Shown: positions 40,028 through 48,802 of the stretch, in pieces | Layout of the letters: every line of letters begins with the position of its first letter | Numbering within the stretch: position 1 is the stretch's first letter | Virus record (IMG/VR): IMGVR_UViG_3300032605_001371 | Reading direction: 5' to 3' (one strand) | Origin: an uncultured virus (IMG/VR IMGVR_UViG_3300032605_001371) | Lineage: Duplodnaviria; Heunggongvirae; Uroviricota; Caudoviricetes | DNA length: 64,000 nt | Position numbers and translations under genes: made by a program | The notes under the pieces: generated by a model | Seen by the model: the letters and a program-made list of their open reading frames with translations, nothing else | Database searches by the model: none | Told to the model about the DNA's origin: nothing

Positions 40028-40097
40028 TAAATAAAAATGTAGTTCGCGGAGGTGAGATTCCCAACTACTCTAACACTGTTATGGAGTATCAGCAATG
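40028..40097 (+). promoter_or_regulatory. Late promoter plus conserved hairpin leader, copy 3
   Basis: TAAATA-N5-GTAGTTCGCGGAGGTGAGATTCCCAACTAC-TCTAA..GGAG.ATCAGCAATG. Confidence 0.8.
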
Positions 40098-40789
40098 AAT
40101 ATTTATTCTACAGACAATCTACCAATTGGTTTCTATATCTATGCGTATGTGCGAACTAGTGGAACCCCTTATTATATAGGCAAAGGACAAGACGGTAGAG
40201 CCTGGACAGGTCACCGATACAAAGACGCAAATAGTGGGAAATGGAAGGGGTACACGTCCCTCCCAATTCTAGAATCATTATTATGGAAACAAATCTTACT
40301 GAGGTTGGTGCTTTCGCTTTAGAACGCAGGTATATTAGGTGGTATGGTCGTAAAGATAAAATATCTTGGGGAATATTACACAATAGAACTGACGGCGACG
40401 AGGGCGTGTCGGGAATGGTTCAATCCGCTTCATCTAATAAAAAACGAAGTGATGCTCTTACTGGAAAGTCGCGCCCAGATGTGTCTGATAGACTAAAGGG
40501 GAAACCAAATCTTAAAGTTAGTGCTGCACTCATCGGAGTACCTAAATCAGCGGAGTCTATTTCAAAAAGAACCAAAACTCGTAAGGGAAAAACCTACCCT
40601 AAATTGGGGGACTGGCAGCGCGGCGTGAATAAATCCGCAGAGGCAATCGCCAAACGATCCGCAACTCGTCTGGGGAAATCTATTAAAAAACACGAAATCG
40701 TAACCTGTCCATATTGTGGGAAAACAGGAGGTGCCGGCGGCATAAAGGTATGGCACTTTGACCGATGCAAATACAAACCGACAACTTGA
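40095..40789 (+). pseudogene. GIY-YIG endonuclease split by a -1 frameshift at the G4 run (about 40247-40250)
   Basis: FYIYAYVR..PYYIGKG..RAW in the first frame; [31 protein letters not shown]3-like repeats and CPYC in the second. Confidence 0.8.
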
Positions 40790-40829
40790 ATCAATCAGCA
40801 TAAATACTACACTACTAAGGATTTGATTC

Positions 40830-41918
40830 ATGAAAATTAGCGATATCTATGAAAGTACGACCTCAGGCGCGATTGCTACTGTCGCACAGCCAATGGCCGG
40901 CGCAACACAAAAACGTTCAACTGTAGGCAAAGGAGTCTACGCTAATCAAAAGCCCGGGAATCTTCTTACCGGTAAGAAGACCAACAAGAAATTTGCTAAT
41001 TCCCTTCATGAAGGTAAGATGAAGGAACTCGCGTCAGATTTAGATTACCTTGACAATCTAAACTTTCAGAAAAAGTACAAGGCTACCAAAGAACAAATTA
41101 GAGCAAGATTCAAGATACAAGAAGCACAATTAGAAGAAGACGATTTGATTCTTGTGCCAGGCCAAGGTCATAGATTGAAGACTGGATTCCATTCATTTGA
41201 TCCGGATAAAGCAGAACACGAAGGTGAAACTCTAAAGAACAGTCTCAGAACAATATCACGTAATGCAAAAGAACTATATGACGTATTAGAAAATTGTGAT
41301 AGTATTCCTGAATGGGTAAGTGAGAAGGTCGGCCAGATTAAGGGCATGATGACCAATGTTAATAATTACATGGTTAGCAAGAAACAACAATCAGAAGGTG
41401 TTATTGCCGCCGGTGGCGTCGGTGAAAACCAAGAACACTTCGATCATGAGATAAGCATGGCTAAGAGCGAAATGCGTAGCGCTGCTAAAGCCGCAAAAAG
41501 AATCTATCAAATGCTAGATGAGCGTGATGAATTAATGGCATGGCAGCAAAGCTATATCACTTTAGCTAGTGACTATCTAGGTAGCGTAGCTGATAGCATG
41601 GAAGAAGAGTTAAGCGAAGGTAAACAGGGCGGCGAGAAAGAAGTACAAGATTATAAGAAGTGGCGCAAAGACAATCACGACGATCTAGGCACCACTAGAA
41701 AAATCATCAGTAGAGAACCTAGCAAGGGTAGCCCCTGGCAAGATATGGAAGACTTCGGTAAGAAGGTAACTGACGAAGGTGCCAAAGTAGATCGCATGGT
41801 TAAGCACATTGCTAAGTCAGAACGTGAAGCCGGCAAGCCAGCAAAGAAAGCAACAGATATTGCATGGGCCACGGTCAACAAGCGTGGCTATCTAGATAAC
41901 AAAAACAAAAAGGGTTAA
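40830..41918 (+). CDS. Modular putative internal head protein
   Basis: MKISDIYES start; two related helical modules (HEGETLK.., HEISMAK..); many x-x-E junctions. Confidence 0.6.
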   Translation: MKISDIYESTTSGAIATVAQPMAGATQKRSTVGKGVYANQKPGNLLTGKKTNKKFANSLHEGKMKELASDLDYLDNLNFQKKYKATKEQIRARFKIQEAQLEEDDLILVPGQGHRLKTGFHSFDPDKAEHEGETLKNSLRTISRNAKELYDVLENCDSIPEWVSEKVGQIKGMMTNVNNYMVSKKQQSEGVIAAGGVGENQEHFDHEISMAKSEMRSAAKAAKRIYQMLDERDELMAWQQSYITLASDYLGSVADSMEEELSEGKQGGEKEVQDYKKWRKDNHDDLGTTRKIISREPSKGSPWQDMEDFGKKVTDEGAKVDRMVKHIAKSEREAGKPAKKATDIAWATVNKRGYLDNKNKKG

Positions 41919-41922
41919 CTGC

Positions 41923-43905
41923 TTGTCAAACTCTATTGTAGTGAATACGTTGAATGTCCGCGATGCCTATGATTTGAAAAACAATACCACAGAGGCTAAT
42001 TGGAAAGAAGACAGAGCTTTATTTGCTACAGGTAACACTATTATTCAGGAATCTATTATACACAAGTGGATGAGTAGAGACAACGAATTCCGTAAACAGG
42101 GACTTACCGAAGGGCTAAGCCATTGTAACAATAAAACGTCGATCACAAAACTTTCATTTGTAGACACTGAATCCTTAGGCGATATGTCCACAAGAGTAGC
42201 ATTTATGGAATCATATCTACTTAATAATGAGAGTTTACTAGAATCTAATGACACGACTTTATTAACAGCATTTCGTAATTTACCCAAACAAGCTGCGGCC
42301 CCAGAAGTAGGAACCTCGTATCTGATTATTGGGTTGTATCTTATTAATGACACATTAGGTGTGACGCATCAGCCATGTATTGCCAAATTGTTAGAAATCA
42401 ACGACGATTCATATGTATTGTATATACCTGCTGAAAACAGAACAGTAAAATTGCCTGAAAAAACACTGTCAGATGTCGCGCCTATGGTCACCTTACTGTT
42501 TAATAGTATTGTTCAATACGATAAATTAAGAACCTTTGTAGTTTTAAAATTCGGCATTAACTTACCAGAATACAACGACATACCCATTAAGGAGAATAAA
42601 ATGAGTAATAATATGAAAGGTCTACGTGAAAGTAGTATCATGAAAGGCATCGTAGATGAAGATGGAGCATCTTTTGTCATCTACATTAATGGCAAACCAG
42701 CAACTAAATATGTAAATTCCAAAAAAGCTGAAGCCGCAGTTAGTATGATGAAGTCAAAGTTCCCTGATAAGAAATTTGAGATAAAGCATCAACCTGAAGG
42801 TCATGCATCCGATGCAGTTGATACACTTTATATCAATGATAAACCTAGTATAAAATATAGAGATCCAGATCAAACATTAGCAGCCATGGAACTTTTAAGA
42901 AAAAAGCACCCTAGCAGCAAATATGATCTTAAGCCTGAGGTCAGAGAAGCTCAAGCGGATGCTCACCTACTCAAGCGTATAACTGTAAAAAAGCACGGCG
43001 GAAATGACGAGAATAGTTGGGCAGTTTTTATCGACGGTAAACCAGCAGTAACTGGACTTAACAAACGATCAGTACCGCACTATAAGTCATTGCTTCTAAA
43101 GAAGCTAAAAGAAAAGCCGAGCTTAACTGGATCAAGCGAAGTTGAAGAAGCCCGCGGCTCAGGTGTAATGTACATAGTTAAGTCTAAAGACGGCGTCGAG
43201 AAGGCATTTAAAAATCTACACGCCGCCGAAGATTGGAAAAACTCATACCAACGTAAGGCTCCTAAGGACGATGACGGCACATGGGCATGGGCCTGTCATG
43301 ACGGCACATGGACAATCGGTCCTAAGGACGATGACGGCACATGGACAATCGGTGAAAGCCCAGATTATCCTGCAGTTGCTCAGCAACCAGGTGGATGGCG
43401 TAAATACCGCACAAAACCAGCTGGTAAATTGTCAGAGGGTGAAGACACGACTGAAGCAGTTGCTAATGCTATCATACGCCGCATCACTACTCAATATTTG
43501 GATGTATTGAGTAAATACGGTCCAGCCGCAGTGATGGCGGCAGTTGATGAACTTGCAAGTCATTATCATGACTTAGAAGAAATTGGTTCAAGTGATGTTA
43601 GTATTTGGACTAAAGAAGTTATTAAGGATCTAGAGTCTGGATACTATGATGATCTTAAGGAAGATACTGCATATGCAGGTGGTATGGGTCAAGGTGGAAA
43701 TGCTGGTCAATCATATCGCAAGTTTAAACCTAAGGTGGCTGGAACATTCAAAGAAGACTCTGATATGCGATTCGCTGCCGAAAAGACTCCTGCAGTTAAT
43801 CCATACGGTGGACAAAAAGATAGACAGTTTAGAGGTTCTATTAACGAACAACCAAAAAAGGTCATCAAAAAGGAAAGCTCTGTAATGAAGGGACTTCGTC
43901 GCTAA
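41923..43905 (+). CDS. Modular putative internal head polyprotein (probable second start at 42601)
   Basis: Three (Y/F)I(N/D)(G/D)KP modules; numerous [ILV]-x-E sites; AAGGAG-N6-ATG in frame at 42601. Confidence 0.6.
   Translation: MSNSIVVNTLNVRDAYDLKNNTTEANWKEDRALFATGNTIIQESIIHKWMSRDNEFRKQGLTEGLSHCNNKTSITKLSFVDTESLGDMSTRVAFMESYLLNNESLLESNDTTLLTAFRNLPKQAAAPEVGTSYLIIGLYLINDTLGVTHQPCIAKLLEINDDSYVLYIPAENRTVKLPEKTLSDVAPMVTLLFNSIVQYDKLRTFVVLKFGINLPEYNDIPIKENKMSNNMKGLRESSIMKGIVDEDGASFVIYINGKPATKYVNSKKAEAAVSMMKSKFPDKKFEIKHQPEGHASDAVDTLYINDKPSIKYRDPDQTLAAMELLRKKHPSSKYDLKPEVREAQADAHLLKRITVKKHGGNDENSWAVFIDGKPAVTGLNKRSVPHYKSLLLKKLKEKPSLTGSSEVEEARGSGVMYIVKSKDGVEKAFKNLHAAEDWKNSYQRKAPKDDDGTWAWACHDGTWTIGPKDDDGTWTIGESPDYPAVAQQPGGWRKYRTKPAGKLSEGEDTTEAVANAIIRRITTQYLDVLSKYGPAAVMAAVDELASHYHDLEEIGSSDVSIWTKEVIKDLESGYYDDLKEDTAYAGGMGQGGNAGQSYRKFKPKVAGTFKEDSDMRFAAEKTPAVNPYGGQKDRQFRGSINEQPKKVIKKESSVMKGLRR
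43261..43353 (+). repeat. Nested tandem repeat encoding (PKD)DDGTW x3
   Basis: CCTAAGGACGATGACGGCACATGG at 43261 and 43321; ATGACGGCACATGGACAATCGGT twice. Confidence 0.85.
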
Positions 43906-43909
43906 GATT

Positions 43910-45199
43910 ATGCGAGCCATAGAGTTTCTAATTGAATATGATAGAAACAAAACCGCACAGACACTAGGTACTGGTCTCATTCCTGCATTTGCTAAGGATA
44001 TGGGCGCCATTAGTGGTAATATGATGGTATACAGGCAATTCGCTAGAGAAGTTCTAGTACCTGGTAATAAGGCTACTGAGGCCGACAAAGCCGACATAAT
44101 TCAACACATATTGCAGGCTATAGAAGAAAAAGATCCAACACCAAATAAAGAATACACTCAGTGGCTTGCTAGAATGTATGCTAAAGGTGGAGTGAAGTTA
44201 GAGGACTTAAACAGAGGAAATCTACTTGGTATCTACAATTTAGGTAAGAAACGCAGGATGATTAAACCAGAACATGCTGATATTAATCGATTCAAAAACT
44301 ACAAAGAATTTGAAGATACTATGCTGAGTAATTATGATTTAGATCAGATTGAAGGTGCGGATTCTGCAAAAGCTAAAGAAAAGGGTCAGGCTAACACAAT
44401 ATTTGACAATGAACAAGTACGCATAATTGTTCCTGAGGACGAAGCCGCTGCATGTTACTATGGAAGAGGCACCCGCTGGTGTACTGCTGCAACTAAAGGA
44501 ACGAACTACTTCAAAAATTATAGTAGTCAAGGTAAATTGTATATCTTGATACCAAAACATCCTAAACGCGACGGTGAAAAATACCAAATACATTTTCAAA
44601 CCGGTTCATTCATGGATGAAGCCGATTCTCCAGTAAACGTAGAGGAATTAATTACCAAAAGATTTGGAGATTTGTCCTCATTCTTTAGAGAAAATGAACC
44701 AGCAATTAAAAACAGCATATTATTTGCAGATGACGACGTTCTGACTTCGGTTATTACTAAAATTAGTCAAATAGCTATGGATAAGGCATACGAAGAAATT
44801 GCGGAATGGGAACAGAATGACGATTATTATTATCGAGACATGAGAGAACTTTATGGCGATGAGGACGGAGATATTGATTGGGACGCAGCATATGCAGCAG
44901 GTAACGATTATATGTCTTGGAATCCAGATGCTAAAGAATGGGTGGATAATATTGAAAGCATAGTTACACCATCACCGCGTCATCTGAAGGCCTGCACGCA
45001 AGAGATGACACAAGAAGGTGATTATGTCGGTGTCGGAATAGATGACACACCAAGCATAATATCAGACATGTTGTTAAACCATTTTAGAGGTAGCCGACTA
45101 CATGACACTGGTATTGCTAAATATTTGGTAAAGAACGTTCTTGTACAAAAAAAGAAAGATGGTAGCTGGGACGTAGATTTGATCGAAAGAAACAAATGA
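43910..45199 (+). CDS. Putative internal head protein, WCTAA family (possibly PcfJ-like)
   Basis: MRAIEFLIEY start; IIVPEDEAAACYYGRGTRWCTAA; paralog of 58764. Confidence 0.6.
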   Translation: MRAIEFLIEYDRNKTAQTLGTGLIPAFAKDMGAISGNMMVYRQFAREVLVPGNKATEADKADIIQHILQAIEEKDPTPNKEYTQWLARMYAKGGVKLEDLNRGNLLGIYNLGKKRRMIKPEHADINRFKNYKEFEDTMLSNYDLDQIEGADSAKAKEKGQANTIFDNEQVRIIVPEDEAAACYYGRGTRWCTAATKGTNYFKNYSSQGKLYILIPKHPKRDGEKYQIHFQTGSFMDEADSPVNVEELITKRFGDLSSFFRENEPAIKNSILFADDDVLTSVITKISQIAMDKAYEEIAEWEQNDDYYYRDMRELYGDEDGDIDWDAAYAAGNDYMSWNPDAKEWVDNIESIVTPSPRHLKACTQEMTQEGDYVGVGIDDTPSIISDMLLNHFRGSRLHDTGIAKYLVKNVLVQKKKDGSWDVDLIERNK

Positions 45200-46317
45200 G
45201 AGCCCGAGAATTCATCTCTGAAAATGAACCGCTCAACGAGTTAACTGGTTATAAGAAAGATCCAGTGTATTCTCTGTTGCAGAACAGCAGAAATATGGAA
45301 GAATTTTTGGATGCCTTAAAACTGGCAGGATATCAGCAATACGTATTAGGCTCAGGTTGTTTCGGCACAGCATTCAAGCGTCCCGGCGAAGACAGTATCA
45401 TCAAGCTTTGGAAAGATGATCCTGCATATGACACCTATCTTTCTTTTGTGTTACAGAATCAATCTAACCCACATGTTCCAAAGATTATTGGCCGCCCAGT
45501 AAAGTTATTGCGCAGATTTAATCTAATGCGAATGGAGTTGTTGGATAACAAAAATCTATTCACTTTAGAGAGAAAAAATATTAGATATCAGATACAAGAA
45601 TATTTAGAGGTATATCCGCGGCGCCCATACGCAGAAGAAACTACACTTTTTGAAGAATTCCCTCAACTAAAACCAGTTTTGGATTTTATTAGAAGTGCAG
45701 CAGGTGGAACCGTTGTAATAGATGTAGGTATAAGTAACATACTTTGGAGAAAAGGTGACATTCCTGTTATCACTGATCCTATTGCTGATGTTGAGAAGCT
45801 GAGAGAAACCATCAGTACTGGTCAGGGCGGAGGTTCGGCCGGGATAGGCGGCGGATCGATGGTCGGGGGTCCAACTACATATGAACAAGAGTATGGTCAA
45901 TTCAAAACCAAAGGACCTCATCGTATTACTGCTATGACATATGAGGATTTTTCATCAGAAAATAAGATTACATTGAAACAGTTGTATAGTAAGGGTCTCC
46001 CAGATCACGATGAGATGATTTGGAATTTTGTAGGTGACTCAGACTTTAATGTACCTTTTACAGTTCAAACTATTTCACCAGTTAAACTGGAACTACTATT
46101 TAAAAGTCAATATGGCGTAGATCATATCGATGAAATTTATGACATGCTAGATTCTGATCAAGAAGATATTGTAGATTCATATAGATCAGATCCTAATTTA
46201 TCAAATAGTATTATTGTCATGAACGACGGAATTGTAGTCGACGGGCATCATCGTGCATTAGCAGCGATATTAAATAGGAAACCAATTAAGTACGTGGATG
46301 TGAGTCAAGAAGCATAA
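45196..46317 (+). CDS. Polyprotein: kinase-like domain plus ParB/Srx-like domain
   Basis: LGSGCFGTAF..IIKL..NILWRK..ITDP (paralog of 12545), Gly-rich linker, IVVDGHHRALAA. Confidence 0.65.
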   Translation: MRAREFISENEPLNELTGYKKDPVYSLLQNSRNMEEFLDALKLAGYQQYVLGSGCFGTAFKRPGEDSIIKLWKDDPAYDTYLSFVLQNQSNPHVPKIIGRPVKLLRRFNLMRMELLDNKNLFTLERKNIRYQIQEYLEVYPRRPYAEETTLFEEFPQLKPVLDFIRSAAGGTVVIDVGISNILWRKGDIPVITDPIADVEKLRETISTGQGGGSAGIGGGSMVGGPTTYEQEYGQFKTKGPHRITAMTYEDFSSENKITLKQLYSKGLPDHDEMIWNFVGDSDFNVPFTVQTISPVKLELLFKSQYGVDHIDEIYDMLDSDQEDIVDSYRSDPNLSNSIIVMNDGIVVDGHHRALAAILNRKPIKYVDVSQEA

Positions 46318-46338
46318 ATAGTCTATAGGATTACAAAC

Positions 46339-46782
46339 ATGTTAGCAGATACTCTTAAGACACTATTGGCATCCGCGTATGCACTATCGATCAAAGCTCA
46401 ATTCTTTCACTGGAATGTAGAAACTCCGGATTTTCCCCAATACCATGAATTTTTCGGTAACTACTATGAAGAAGTGTATGACAATACGATTGATAGACTG
46501 GCAGAAATAATTCGTCAAGTTGATGAATACACTCCGGGCAGTCTCATTCGTTTTTCAGAACTTAGTCAAATCGCAGACCAAACTAAAGTTCCCCGCGCCG
46601 AATTAATGATGAAAGAACTTTTTGAAGATAATGCCAAAATGCTTGCGATGTATAAGGCAGCATTTCACGTAGCAGAAGATGCAGATGAGCAAGGTATTGC
46701 TAACTTTATCGCGGAGAGAATTGACGCCCACGGTAAACATCAATGGATGCTTCGTTCCATACTAAAAATTTCAAGGGCATAA
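46339..46782 (+). CDS. dps: Dps/ferritin-like protein
   Basis: FHWNV, HEFFGNYYE, IDRLAEIIR, HQWML motifs. Confidence 0.88.
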   Translation: MLADTLKTLLASAYALSIKAQFFHWNVETPDFPQYHEFFGNYYEEVYDNTIDRLAEIIRQVDEYTPGSLIRFSELSQIADQTKVPRAELMMKELFEDNAKMLAMYKAAFHVAEDADEQGIANFIAERIDAHGKHQWMLRSILKISRA

Positions 46783-46784
46783 TT

Positions 46785-47813
46785 ATGAGAGTTACAGAAT
46801 TTCTATCCGAAAATGTATCTAAACCAATGATTGGTTCAGCTAAAAAACCGGCAAACGAGTTGACTGAATCTGTAGGACATTTCCTATCAGAGATTCTTTC
46901 TGAGGCATCTACTGCAATGTCCGCAGTTAGAAACAGCCCATATGCTGATCAACTCATAAAGACAATTCACAGTAGCTTATCATTGCCTCATAATCAAGAA
47001 TGGGCTCCGGTAGATTCTATTAGTTGGACTGATGTTAAGGATTATGCACCTAATTTTGTTCTTATGGCAGGTACTAAAGGAACCGCTGCTGTAAAATGGG
47101 CAAGTGGACATTATTATTTGGTAACTGCGAATAGTGAAGGTATACAGACTGATAGAATTACTAGTATAAACGCAGCAGCTAGCCAAATTAAATCTAATAT
47201 CGGTAAAATAACTGGATTTTGGATTAATCCTAAAACGTATCGTGTTCGTGGACCTGGCGCTTATCACAGTGCTGCACATGGATCTGAAACTTCAGTAGAT
47301 CAACTTCGCACAAAACGCAGAGAAGCAAAGGCCCTAACTATTCCTAATATGTATGATATAAACCGCGGGTCATCGCATAATAGACAGGTACTATTGGCTA
47401 AGTTACGTCCTCTGTTAGGAAAATATGTTCAACAAGCATTAGCGGACGTTAAAGGAGCCGTTGGTATTTCTATTAAGAATGACGCATTCGATAGAGCCAA
47501 GAAAAAGTTACAAGTAGCAAAGCGTCTACAAGAATTGTACGACACTCTGGAACAAGCAAAGTCAGTACAGGCTTTGCCGCCTGTGCTTAATCAGACGCTA
47601 AATTTAGCTATATTGATGGCAGCAGGTTATTATTATCCTGAAGAAACCGGAAACATTAGTCGCGGCGGTGGTCCCCGCGATCATTATAGATCAGATTCTA
47701 TTTCTGTTTATTCCGCCGGTCCAAATAAGGTTATTGCTGATATCATCAACGGGGATACTAAAAAGTTATCAACTGTGATGGCCTTCCTCAAGCAAGAATT
47801 GGTGCACGGATAA
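46785..47813 (+). CDS. Putative internal head protein
   Basis: MRVTEFLSEN start with LTES and LSEA sites. Confidence 0.55.
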   Translation: MRVTEFLSENVSKPMIGSAKKPANELTESVGHFLSEILSEASTAMSAVRNSPYADQLIKTIHSSLSLPHNQEWAPVDSISWTDVKDYAPNFVLMAGTKGTAAVKWASGHYYLVTANSEGIQTDRITSINAAASQIKSNIGKITGFWINPKTYRVRGPGAYHSAAHGSETSVDQLRTKRREAKALTIPNMYDINRGSSHNRQVLLAKLRPLLGKYVQQALADVKGAVGISIKNDAFDRAKKKLQVAKRLQELYDTLEQAKSVQALPPVLNQTLNLAILMAAGYYYPEETGNISRGGGPRDHYRSDSISVYSAGPNKVIADIINGDTKKLSTVMAFLKQELVHG

Positions 47814-47818
47814 AAATC

Positions 47819-48799
47819 ATGAAAACTAGAGTAAATCTCACTGAGACTATAGCTGCTAAAATAGCAAATGATCCAAAAACAGAAAAAATGATCGCATTGG
47901 CTCTTCGCCATGATCATACCTTTCCTGCTGCAACAAGGGCGTCGATTGGCCCAAACGCATCTGACCATGACATCGCACTACTTTGGGCTAATATGGTAGA
48001 CAATGCTTTGGCCAATTCTGAATATGGTGATCTATCCAGAGATGGTAAGTTTGATCAGTGGTTGCTTAGACTATATATGAATCACGTTGCTGATTATGAA
48101 GATATATCAGGTGAAGGAGTACCTGCTCTTGGTCAATGGAAGGCACTTAGTATTCGTAATCTCCTTCGCCCAGAACATCAAGACTTTAATAGATTTCGTT
48201 CTTTAGAACAATTATATAATGTAGTTCGTAGCAGAGAATACAGAGACGCATTGGCCAGAATTAAAGATGCTGAGCGTATTGCAAAGATGAAGCGAGACAA
48301 AAAGGAAATCATTTTGATTAATGACGACCGCTTTTTTGTCATGGTACCATTGAATTACGGTTCTTGCTATACATTCAACAATGAAGAGGGTGTTCAGGCA
48401 TCATTCTGTACTGGTAGCAGTGACGGTGAACGTTGGTTCAACCGATATTCTAAAGACGGTCCGATTGTGAGTATCATCGATAAGAAAAACATGAATGACC
48501 CTAAGGGAAAGTGGCAAATGCATTCTCAGACTAATCAGCTAGTAGATGCAAACCAAAATAACAGAGGCTATCCGCACCGTAATGATGCTGAATTTGCTGA
48601 ATTATTTCCGGGATTGATGAAGCAAATTGTTAGTGCTTTAGAAAAACATTCAGAAGACCTCAAACAAGCCTCTAAGGATATGGGAATTACACACGGTGGG
48701 TGGAACATCGCAGAAGAAGTAGGTCGAATAAAACGTGATTTCCCAACAGCATTTGCATCAGAACCCAAAGAAAATCCTGAACAACCCGAATTGGCTTAA
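47819..48799 (+). CDS. Putative internal head protein, divergent WCTAA-family member
   Basis: FVMVPLNYGSCY..FCTG..FNRYSKDG..KWQMH aligns with 43910. Confidence 0.55.
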   Translation: MKTRVNLTETIAAKIANDPKTEKMIALALRHDHTFPAATRASIGPNASDHDIALLWANMVDNALANSEYGDLSRDGKFDQWLLRLYMNHVADYEDISGEGVPALGQWKALSIRNLLRPEHQDFNRFRSLEQLYNVVRSREYRDALARIKDAERIAKMKRDKKEIILINDDRFFVMVPLNYGSCYTFNNEEGVQASFCTGSSDGERWFNRYSKDGPIVSIIDKKNMNDPKGKWQMHSQTNQLVDANQNNRGYPHRNDAEFAELFPGLMKQIVSALEKHSEDLKQASKDMGITHGGWNIAEEVGRIKRDFPTAFASEPKENPEQPELA

Positions 48800-48802
48800 T
48801 AA

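Noticed and set aside
4731..40068. Repeated hairpins as a CRISPR array
   Set aside because: Copies are dispersed single units with no spacer array and no cas genes.
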